Positions 48,515 to 57,052 of a stretch of DNA of 64,000 bases are shown here, in pieces. The stretch is from the NCBI GenBank assembly GCA_004764695.1, contig SMSO01000033.1:1302001-1366000 (forward strand), written 5' to 3'. Under the pieces are notes generated by a model. That model did no database searches. It worked only from the letters and a program-made list of their open reading frames with translations, and had not been told where the DNA came from. This DNA comes from Schizochytrium sp. TIO01. Its lineage: Eukaryota > Protista > Bigyra: Labyrinthulomycetes. A program made the position numbers and the translations under genes. Numbering within the stretch: the stretch's first letter is position 1; each line of letters starts with the position of its first letter.

Positions 48515-50201
48515 ATTAGCAGGCGAGGATATGAAAGAGAGGTGAGCTAGAGAAAGGGAATCAAATGAATGGGAGAACGACTGAAGATGTGATATGCTAG
48601 TGTCGTTTCCCTGAAACCTGGACTCAGCCCGAAAGACCAACCTCTTTAGGATCCTATCAAATCTGAAACTGTCATTTTGTTTCAGGTCAACTCTGCTTCA
48701 CTTTCTTTTTTCAACGGGCTCTGAGGCCTCGCAAAGACCGCAGAAAACTCGAATGAAAGAAAGAAAAGATCAAACAATCCACCCACTCCTACTCAACTAC
48801 CTTACCTTATCAAGACTCACTCACATTTACTCATTTACTTACCTACCTACGTAACTACCTACCTACTGCGCAGCCGCGCAACAAACCAGCCTCGATCAGA
48901 GTCCATGCACCTCGCAACCACGCCTCGCTGACCTACGCCTTTAGACCAATAGCATGGCGCCTTCATCATCTGCAATTGCACGCTTTGATTGCTTGAATGT
49001 AGACGGCTTTTTTCTCGGAAGACAAAGAGTCTATTTTGAGAAAAGCTGGGAGCTAGTTCTGCTTAACGATGCTGACTTAGCCTCGCTGGCAACATATAAA
49101 ACCCACCAGAAAACAATCAATCAAACAATCCTTATGGCCCTCATTAATCATACCCACAAGATAAAAGATCCTTCCAGAGACTGATTAGCAAAAACCACAC
49201 ACAGCCTTGCTTCCAGTCAACACTTCTTTGCTTTGCCTGTTTCTGAGTTGCCTGCTCACCCAAACTAAACCCCCAAACCCAAACGAATGATGTTTTATCT
49301 TTCTGCTTAGAAATGTCCAACCTTCTCTCGCTCTTCTTCCCTTTCCTTTATGGTTGCCTCGCTTCTCTTTAAATCTTTCCATTGGTGTTACGAGACTTTT
49401 GAGATGCAGAAAATGACTCATGATTCCTGTGTGTATTGATACAGACTTAAAGCAAAGTTAGATTATTATATCTCGTTGTTACAATACACATTGGCGATAG
49501 GAGTATACTTAGCAAGTTCATTCTAACTTCTGATTATGTATTTTCGGTTTATCAATCTTTACTAAACGGGTAATTGAGGTGAGTGGAAATTCCTCAGACA
49601 TCCACAAGATTGTTTTTTGTTTTGTTTTTTTAAATAAAGCTGATAAGATAAATTCCATCTTACCTTGCTTCGGAAGGAGAATTGCTACAACCTGAAGTTT
49701 GAGTGCTTCATATCCTTTTCCAAGAGTAATTGCGACTTTTACAAGGTGTCAGATGTATAAAATCAACTTGTGAATCTTACCCGTTGCGAAATTGAATTTG
49801 TATCATTCGTATGGCTTGTCAAATTTTATTAGAGGTTTCTAGTTCTTGATTGCATGTTTAACTTTCTTCCCAAAAGGAATTTCGCCATTGTTCAAAACAG
49901 ACCTTACAATATAGTAAAAAATACAAGACTTTGTGAGTATAATTGTCACTTAACCTTGTTGACATGCAACTATCACAAAAGAGCTTGCCCCAAATGGTTA
50001 TCATATCTTTATCCTACCATACTGGTACTAGTAGGTAGGATATACTTTGGAAACAAATGATAAACCAAAACATTAATTCTAATAGTTTGCAGCCCACAAT
50101 GATGGCATACATTTATTGTTTTATTTGAATTTTAATTTCCAAAGAAATGATCGTATAGCTGAGCTCTATACTTACTTTTTTTTTTTGGCAGTAAAAAAGG
50201 A

Positions 50202-50272
50202 AGCGTCAGCCGGGAATCGAACCCGGGGCAGCCGCATGGCAAACAGCTATTTTACCACTAAACCACTAACGC
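50202..50272 (-). tRNA. tRNA-Gly-GCC: tRNA-Gly(GCC) copy 1 (U5 variant)
   Basis: 71-nt cloverleaf GCGTTAG-TG-GTTT-AGTGGTA-AAAT-A-GCTGT-TTGCCAT-GCGGC-TGCC-CCGGG-TTCGATT-CCCGG-CTGACGC-T. A and B boxes present; T6 terminator just downstream. Confidence 0.95.
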
Positions 50273-50380
50273 AAATTAACTCAACTATCGCTGAGTTGGG
50301 AGACCGGTATCCTACAGTTCCATATACTGTAAACTATACAGGAGCTCACAAACAAAAAGTTATATCAAAGTTAAAAAGGA

Positions 50381-50451
50381 AGCGTCAGCCGGGAATCGAA
50401 CCCGGGGCAGCCGCATGGCAAACAGCTATTTTACCACTAAACCACTAACGC
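50381..50451 (-). tRNA. tRNA-Gly-GCC: tRNA-Gly(GCC) copy 2 (U5 variant)
   Basis: Identical to copy 1; oligo-T terminator follows. Confidence 0.95.
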
Positions 50452-50455
50452 AGAT

Positions 50456-50502
50456 ACTCAGTTATTACCGAGTTGGAGTACCAAGGCCCAAAGTTCAATA
50501 TA
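50456..50502 (-). promoter_or_regulatory. Upstream module of array tRNA genes (TATA ... CCAA ... dyad/hairpin); copy-2 example
   Basis: TATA at 50499-50502, CCAA (minus strand) at 50473-50476, and hairpin ACTCGGT-AATA-ACTGAGT at 50456-50473. Homologous modules precede copies 1 and 5-9. Confidence 0.55.
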
Positions 50503-50556
50503 CGTTTCCCTTTACGTGAGCTTACAAACAAAAAGTTATATCAAAGTACAAAAGGA

Positions 50557-50627
50557 AGCGTCAGCCGGGAATCGAACCCGGGGCAGCCGCATGGCAAACA
50601 GCTATTTTACCACTAAACCACTGACGC
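50557..50627 (-). tRNA. tRNA-Gly-GCC: tRNA-Gly(GCC) copy 3 (C5 variant)
   Basis: Same body but the 5' strand is GCGTCAG (C5-G68 Watson-Crick pair). T4 terminator; unique upstream flank. Confidence 0.95.
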
Positions 50628-50764
50628 AGATTTTAGCTCATTTAAGAACCTGTTAAAGAATTTTGGTTAGTACAATTTAGAGTGTTAGTATAAAAAAAGA
50701 TTAAAAAATATATATTGAATATATATAAAAATCATGTATCGACTAATGTGAGCATTGATTTAAT

Positions 50765-51403
50765 ATGGTAAACGGGAGTGACCTACAACTTGATAACCGG
50801 GTGATAAAGACGTTAGACTTGTTGGCTTCAATCCTCTTTCTTTGTATCCAAGTTTATTCACGCCGGAGCTGTAAAGAAGCAGTTGCATCTTGCAGTGGTA
50901 GGCGTTTGAGAATCATTTTGATTTTAATAAAATTGATTGCACTAATTCTTTGTATGCTACATGTCAATACTACAATTACGGAAAAAGCTTCTGATTCTGC
51001 ATCACTCGCGGTTGTATGTGCATTGAATATACTCTATTTTCATAGCCAAAAACAGAGTGCAATTAATGCGTTCCGTGACACTCTTGGCTCCCTGGTCGAT
51101 GAGATAGAACTCGTTGCAAGTTTTGTTGGATTGACTCAAATAAACCCTCTACATATGGTGTTGCAATCGATCGTTGTATTTTTAATTCTAGTAGAGATCA
51201 TGCTGACTTGGAAGGAAATGGATCGCTCAAGCTTGATCGAACTCATGCTACGAATTTGTAAGTGCCTGGTGTACAAATACGAGAAAGTCTCTTTACTTAT
51301 AAACATGGCAATCTCGTTCGTTGAAATACTTAAGAATGCGGGCTTCCTTCCTCTAGTTGATACTCAAGACTCTGATGCACAGAAGCCTGGTCAAGTTGTT
51401 TAA
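50765..51403 (+). CDS. Orphan AT-rich multi-pass membrane protein candidate (212 aa) inside the tRNA cluster
   Basis: 639-nt ATG-initiated ORF in AT-rich DNA with several long hydrophobic segments (LLASILFLCIQV, IILILIKLIALILCML, LAVVCALNILYF, MVLQSIVVFLILVEIML). TATATAAA lies at ~50722 and AATAAA at ~51435. No family recognised. Confidence 0.5.
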   Translation: MVNGSDLQLDNRVIKTLDLLASILFLCIQVYSRRSCKEAVASCSGRRLRIILILIKLIALILCMLHVNTTITEKASDSASLAVVCALNILYFHSQKQSAINAFRDTLGSLVDEIELVASFVGLTQINPLHMVLQSIVVFLILVEIMLTWKEMDRSSLIELMLRICKCLVYKYEKVSLLINMAISFVEILKNAGFLPLVDTQDSDAQKPGQVV

Positions 51404-51916
51404 TCTTTTTGCCATATCTGCATGTGATTATTTAAATAAATTTAAAATTTAAAATCATTCTGCCTCGTAGGAAAGCGAGCTTATTTTTATATTATAATGA
51501 TATAGTATTACTTTGCTTTCTACTTCCATTCATATTGTGCCTCATAAAAATGAGCTCAACTGGTTCCTATCTTTTATCCTCCCCACGCAAATTTGTAAAC
51601 AGGCAAGAACGCGAAATGCGCAGAACAGCAGTACTTACGTCTTCGAAAGTATGTGCCTGCTGCTTGCTACTACTAGGATCGTTTTAGCTTGCCTTAACCT
51701 TGGTGGGGAAGATTTCTTGGTATGTTTCCATTGCAAGTTCGCTAAAACCAAATAGCATAAACAAAAGCAAAGAGTGAACAGGATAGTATTCCTTGATTGG
51801 ACTTCCCCACACAGATTATGTAGGTGTCTTAAAGTCATCATTGACTTACAATTAGTCAATAATTGTTATACGTTGTTGGAAAATGAAATGTCGTAACGTC
51901 GTAATCTGACTTCGAT

Positions 51917-51987
51917 GCGTCAGTGGTTTAGTGGTAAAATAGCTGTTTGCCATGCGGCTGCCCCGGGTTCGATTCCCGGCTGACGCT
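51917..51987 (+). tRNA. tRNA-Gly-GCC: tRNA-Gly(GCC) copy 4 (C5 variant, inverted orientation)
   Basis: GCGTCAGTGGTTTAGTGGTAAAATAGCTGTTTGCCATGCGGCTGCCCCGGGTTCGATTCCCGGCTGACGCT, followed by TTTTT at 51992-51996. Confidence 0.95.
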
Positions 51988-52344
51988 TCTCTTTTTGCAA
52001 TCAGATGCGCTTTATACCATTACACTTTGTAGTATAAGCGATGGGGCTTGGAAGCTACATGTTTTTACTTTTGGTATTTTTTTCAATCGCTAGGTATCAT
52101 CAACACATCTTCTTTATTATTCAAAGAAGTAAAGAAAAACCTGGATTCTCACAGCGGTCAGCTTTAATTTCGCACTCAACATCATTTAAATATTAAAGTA
52201 ATTCCTCTTGGTTTCAACGTTTTGCAAATGTTTTAATTCTCCAACCTACTTCTGTTTTAAAACGGAATCAATGAAAAGAAAAAAAAAAAGAATGGCACCA
52301 AAATTGAGTATTTAGCAATGGCCTAGCTCAGCAACAAAAAGATA

Positions 52345-52415
52345 AGCGTCAGCCGGGAATCGAACCCGGGGCAGCCGCATGGCAAACAGCTATTTTACCA
52401 CTAAACCACTAACGC
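52345..52415 (-). tRNA. tRNA-Gly-GCC: tRNA-Gly(GCC) copy 5 (U5 variant)
   Basis: Identical to copy 1; T5 terminator. Confidence 0.95.
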
Positions 52416-52523
52416 TGAGGTACTCAGATATTAACGAGTCTGGAGACCAGAATCCTTTAGTGCTATATAATTTTAATGTACGTGAGCTCACAAATAGAAA
52501 AGTTATAAAAAGGTCAAAAAGGA

Positions 52524-52594
52524 AGCGTCAGCCGGGAATCGAACCCGGGGCAGCCGCATGGCAAACAGCTATTTTACCACTAAACCACTAACGC
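52524..52594 (-). tRNA. tRNA-Gly-GCC: tRNA-Gly(GCC) copy 6 (U5 variant)
   Basis: Identical to copy 1; oligo-T terminator. Confidence 0.95.
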
Positions 52595-52699
52595 AGGTAC
52601 TCAGATATTAACGAGCTGGGGTTGCGAGTTCTGCAGTGCAATATATTGTTCGTTTTACGTAAGCTCACAAACAAAAAGTTATATCAAAGTTAAAAAGGA

Positions 52700-52770
52700 A
52701 GCGTCAGCCGGGAATCGAACCCGGGGCAGCCGCATGGCAAACAGCTATTTTACCACTAAACCACTAACGC
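52700..52770 (-). tRNA. tRNA-Gly-GCC: tRNA-Gly(GCC) copy 7 (U5 variant)
   Basis: Identical to copy 1; oligo-T terminator. Confidence 0.95.
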
Positions 52771-52876
52771 AAATGCACTCAGTTATTACCGAGTTGGAGT
52801 AATAAGTTCTGCAGTTCAATATAACTTTCGATTTACGTTAGCTTACAAACAAAAATCCATATAAAAGATAAAAAGA

Positions 52877-52947
52877 AGCGTCAGCCGGGAATCGAACCCG
52901 GGGCAGCCGCATGGCAAACAGCTATTTTACCACTAAACCACTAACGC
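52877..52947 (-). tRNA. tRNA-Gly-GCC: tRNA-Gly(GCC) copy 8 (U5 variant)
   Basis: Identical to copy 1; oligo-T terminator. Confidence 0.95.
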
Positions 52948-53056
52948 AGATGCACTCAGTTATTACTGAGTTGGAATAAGAAGTTCTGCAGGTCTATATA
53001 ATTGTCGCTTGAAGGAAGCTTACAAACAAAAATCCATATTAAAAATAAAAAAAAGA

Positions 53057-53127
53057 AGCGTCAGCCGGGAATCGAACCCGGGGCAGCCGCATGGCAAACA
53101 GCTATTTTACCACTAAACCACTAACGC
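53057..53127 (-). tRNA. tRNA-Gly-GCC: tRNA-Gly(GCC) copy 9 (U5 variant)
   Basis: Identical to copy 1; T8 terminator. Confidence 0.95.
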
Positions 53128-53791
53128 AGATAAACTCGGACATTACCGAGATGGGGCTTCGCAGTGTAAAGGCAAACATATATTTAGTGTTGACCCTTTG
53201 ACAAGTTGCCGCTCGAGCTACTCTTGTTGAAATGCATCATTTTCAATTCAAATTCCATATACTATTTGCTTAATGCATTTATTCTCTCTGCAAATCTATT
53301 GTAAGACAGGTAATTTCGGTAGATTCAATTTGACAAAGGAATTCTTATTTGCAACGTCATTCATTGCCGCAAGGACACATCTTTCTTTGTTGAGCAAGGT
53401 CTAACATCCCAAGCCATGTATATCGCGAATGCTTTGCAACGCGCTGTCCTTCCGGACACAAAACTATTGCTGCAATGCTCACAGTTGACCTTTGCATGCA
53501 ACGACGTGGTCATCGTACATGATGTAAATTTGTACTTTGGCACCTAAGATAGTTTCCAGCAATTTGATACTTTGAATAAAGTAAAATAAAATAAGATAAA
53601 ATAATAGACAATTGAGGAAATCGTCAAACGTTGGAAAAAGGAGCAGTAGTTAGGTTCAGGTTTCTTTCATCTGCGCTCCAGAGACACTCTGCAGTCTCTG
53701 TTGGGGGCTTGGCGGTGCTGTATCGTGCGAAGAGCTCTTTGTGTGAGTATCTTGCACGGCTCGCGGTCCTCCGTCTGCCCCGCGAGACAGT

Positions 53792-55849
53792 ATGGTTAGG
53801 GAACGAAATGTGGGAGGCGATGGACTAGCAGGAGAGGACTCCAGCCCGGCTACTAATGCAGTTAGTGCAGTAGTGGGAAAGGGCACACGTATGAGACGCA
53901 GGATGGCAGCTAATACGGCGAACAGCAAGGTACCTGCGAATGATCAGTCGAGGAACCAAGGGTCTGGCAAAAGTCGTGCCAAAAAATCGACCCGAAAGAA
54001 ATCGCCACAACAATCAGAGAGCGCGAATTCGGGGGCGAAAATAAGTCCTGGAAGAAATTCTTTGGAGTACAGCGAGGATAATTTAGATGAAGGGGTAGAG
54101 TCTCAGAGATCACCACATCGCAGAAATGAACAACGACAAAGACCCTCTACATCGGCAGGATATGGTGAGATCAGGTCACACATTTATGGACCAGCAACCC
54201 GTATGTCCTCACAGAATATACACGATGACTACGTGGCAGCTACGATTGCCTCAGCTCAGGCATCAAGCGCAAGGAAAGGTGGTGATCGAGGCTTCATTAG
54301 TGCAAGGCCCATGACAGCTGACGACAGTAACTTTCTAGCAGAGGAATCAAAATCACCCATTCCTACAACAGGATTATTGGCACGAGCAAACCGTGCAAGA
54401 GAAACTATCCCAAGCCCAGGCCACGCAGTAGAACAAGTATCCAGTGAGCTTGAGGAAGTACAACGATCTGTTGCGCGTTTACGTGAACAGCGCCTAATTG
54501 TAGAACGTATTAAGCGAGAAGCAGAATCAAAAGATAGGCGAATTAATGAATTAGACTTGTTAGTGCGTCGTTTGCGATCGCAAAGTTCGCAGGCATCCCT
54601 TCAAGCACTAGAGCGCGAGAGGACGCTTCGCTCCAAGATTCTGTCTCTGGAACAACAGGTATCACACAAACGTGACAATGACGTCACTGTGGCGCTAGAA
54701 CTGAAGAGTCTTTTACAAGAAGCACAGAAAACAGAAAACGGCCTTCGGTGCGAGTTGGCCCGCTCTCAGGCAGAACTTGAGGAATCACGAACTCATAGTG
54801 AATCTTCACTTAAAGAGCTTCGTGACATCAATGCTCGCCTTCTTGCAGATAAAGAGACTCTTGAGGATCGGGCTGGCCAGCTGCAACGCGACCTTGAAGA
54901 TAAAACTAGGGATCTAGAGCGCGCCTATTCGCGTCAAACTACAGCCGTGGCATCAGTTGAGAAACGTTGTGAGGAGCTGGATCGTTTGCTGACAACGAAG
55001 AAACATCAACTTGCTGAATGGAAAGACAAGGTAGACTCTCTAACACTCGTTAATACGAAACAACGGGAGCAACTAGAAGCCAAGACAACAGCACTTGAAG
55101 AGGCCGAACGCCGAGAGCATCTTCTTCAGGGCACAATTGATGAGCTCGATGAGAACTTGAACGTGCTACGGGAGCACGTTGAAGTCACTGAAGGTGCTGA
55201 CCAAGACCTCCGTCAGGAACTCAAGAGAGCAAATCAACGTCTTGAGCAAGCTGACGAGGTCATGGAGCAGTTACGCAATGAACTCATCCAAGCGAAGCTG
55301 GACTCGCAAATAACGGAAGACCAGTCGAAAAGGCAAAAATCTAATTTTACAGAGTATGAGGCCAGCCTCCAACGTGCGGGCGCACACCGAAAACGAATGG
55401 AACTACAACTTAGGAATCTCGCTGCCAAGGTGCAGGAGCTACAGGCACAACTTGTTGAAGAAATGAGAACCAATGCGGCATTGTCGCGTCAACTCGAAGA
55501 GGAACGTAGCTCACGATCAAAAGTTTCGCGAGAGCGTCTGCGGATTCTTGAGGAGTTCTATGATGAAGAAAACAAACTCAAAGAGACCTTAGAGCACCCA
55601 TTCTTCGAAAAGGCTCGTGAACGAGCGCTCCAGAACACTAGTCTTTCTGTGAGTGAAGATTATGGAGTTGATGATACCTCTCCTGCTGCGTTAACGGGTT
55701 CGCGCTTAGTAGAGTCTATGCAACGCGAGAAGAAGCATGGTCAAATCAAGCAGGAAATGTATGATGGTACAAATGAAAATTTCATGTTTACACATGAAAT
55801 GACTGATGATGAGTTACTCTATGGTTCGGACTTTCCAGGGGGGCACTGA
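53792..55849 (+). CDS. Long coiled-coil protein (685 aa), disordered N-terminus; possibly centrosomal/cytoskeletal
   Basis: Uninterrupted 2058-nt ORF. The N-terminal third is S/R/G-rich (RPSTSA, ARPMTAD motifs), followed by ~390 aa of E/L/R/Q heptads. Confidence 0.88.
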   Translation: MVRERNVGGDGLAGEDSSPATNAVSAVVGKGTRMRRRMAANTANSKVPANDQSRNQGSGKSRAKKSTRKKSPQQSESANSGAKISPGRNSLEYSEDNLDEGVESQRSPHRRNEQRQRPSTSAGYGEIRSHIYGPATRMSSQNIHDDYVAATIASAQASSARKGGDRGFISARPMTADDSNFLAEESKSPIPTTGLLARANRARETIPSPGHAVEQVSSELEEVQRSVARLREQRLIVERIKREAESKDRRINELDLLVRRLRSQSSQASLQALERERTLRSKILSLEQQVSHKRDNDVTVALELKSLLQEAQKTENGLRCELARSQAELEESRTHSESSLKELRDINARLLADKETLEDRAGQLQRDLEDKTRDLERAYSRQTTAVASVEKRCEELDRLLTTKKHQLAEWKDKVDSLTLVNTKQREQLEAKTTALEEAERREHLLQGTIDELDENLNVLREHVEVTEGADQDLRQELKRANQRLEQADEVMEQLRNELIQAKLDSQITEDQSKRQKSNFTEYEASLQRAGAHRKRMELQLRNLAAKVQELQAQLVEEMRTNAALSRQLEEERSSRSKVSRERLRILEEFYDEENKLKETLEHPFFEKARERALQNTSLSVSEDYGVDDTSPAALTGSRLVESMQREKKHGQIKQEMYDGTNENFMFTHEMTDDELLYGSDFPGGH

Positions 55850-57052
55850 GGTTCCAGGGCGTCATCAAACTGTCCTGGCTCTGTCACCAAAAGTGAGTCC
55901 CAATGTGCTAACTTGGCGTGCAAAGCCTCTGCATCGATATTGTTTAACTCATCTGCGTTTTCTAGTGTAATCCAGCCAGCTCCTAAACCGCCTTGAAGGA
56001 GCTGAATGCCGCCATCGCCGTTCTCTTCATCAAACTCATTATCGTAGTCTTCCTCCTCTTCATCGGGAAATAACGCAGCGCCTTGGGACAGTGCCTTAAA
56101 CAGCTCGGATACTGTGTTGCGGGTTCGTGTGATTAAATAAATGTGTGTTAGTATAATAAGTGAGTAACCAAGTACGAATATTAAAGTCGTCAAATCGGTA
56201 TCCAAAGAAATCTTCCATCTTATATCGAATTTCTGCAGAGTCAAATATTGCCAAGACTCCACAGAAATGCGTCAATTGCATCATCTTTCGCGCCATGTAT
56301 ATATAATAATGATAATACTTACAGGAAGTTTGATTTTCAGGAACGAAGCGCACTTCGATCAATTCGTCAGTTTCTTCAATGTCTTCTTCTCCATATGCGT
56401 TGCCATCTTCATCGTCGTCATCTTCATCGTTCTCGTTGTTTGCAGAAACCTTTGGAGATGATCCATGCTCTTCTGCGTCTTGAAACTGCGATGATACTTC
56501 TTCCTCGAGGCTCTCCTGAGCAGAAAAAATAACCTGCACTGTACCGTCCTCCTCTTCTTCACCCTTTGCTGAGTATTGAACGAGCTTCGGTAAAAGTTGG
56601 CAGTAAATGCACGACCTTTCCTGAACAGTACTGTCTTGGGAGCACACAGCGTGCATATTAAGCGCTCGGTAGTCGATTTGCACAGCTCCCTTGCTGCTTT
56701 CTAAAGGATTTACTGTCTTTTCTCTATCGTAGTCTTCCGAAATCCACGCCACTCGTTGATTTGTCACCAACAGTGTTCCGATGTACGGCTTTCCTTCGTT
56801 CAGGTTATTTTCACCTTTATCACCGGAGCTAACGATAATCTCCGTGCAGATCTGTCTGGCAAAAATCAGTTCATTAAGCAAATCACCTTCACCATTGTCT
56901 TTGGTTCCTGCAGCAGCATTGCTTTCTTCAGCTTCCCCGCTCTTGCTGGTTCCAGTTAGACTTTGATCTCGACGGCGCTGGCGCAGCTCCCAAGCCACAA
57001 GCGCATCATTCGCATCAATACTCTCTAGCGCACCTAACGCAAGAGAGTCCAT
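55819..57052 (-). CDS. CLNS1A: Methylosome subunit pICln / Voldacs-domain protein, two exons: 57052-56323 and 56111-55819 (340 aa)
   Basis: PH-like motifs GTLLVTNQRVAWIS, IDYRALNMHAV, SCIYCQL and EVRFVP join after splicing to LSELFKALSQGAALFPD, an acidic tract and a C-terminal GQFDDA. The spliced length of 730+293=1023 nt stays in frame. Confidence 0.88.
56112..56322 (-). other. 211-nt spliceosomal intron in pICln (phase 1)
   Basis: Minus-strand GTAAGT donor at 56322, TACTAAC branch point at 56153-56147, and CAG acceptor ending at 56112. Splicing restores the pICln motif order. Confidence 0.88.

Noticed and set aside
47813-48640. 275-aa minus-strand Thr/Ala-rich ORF
   Set aside because: Antisense shadow of GC-rich GAR1.
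50116-50448. ORFs 50116-50448 and 52379-52591 with repeated peptide RQPGIEPGAAAWQTAILPLNH
   Set aside because: Antisense translations of the tRNA genes.
50202-53127. CRISPR-like repeat-spacer appearance of the 71-nt identical repeats
   Set aside because: The repeats fold as complete tRNA-Gly genes with Pol III terminators, the spacers are homologous to each other, and there are no cas genes.
56112-56322. Intronic C/D snoRNA in pICln (ATGATG near the 5' end)
   Set aside because: No terminal CTGA D box or closing stem.
47894-57052. Functional clustering of GAR1, the tRNA array and pICln as an RNA-biogenesis locus
   Set aside because: An unrelated coiled-coil gene intervenes and there is no shared regulatory evidence; adjacency alone is insufficient.
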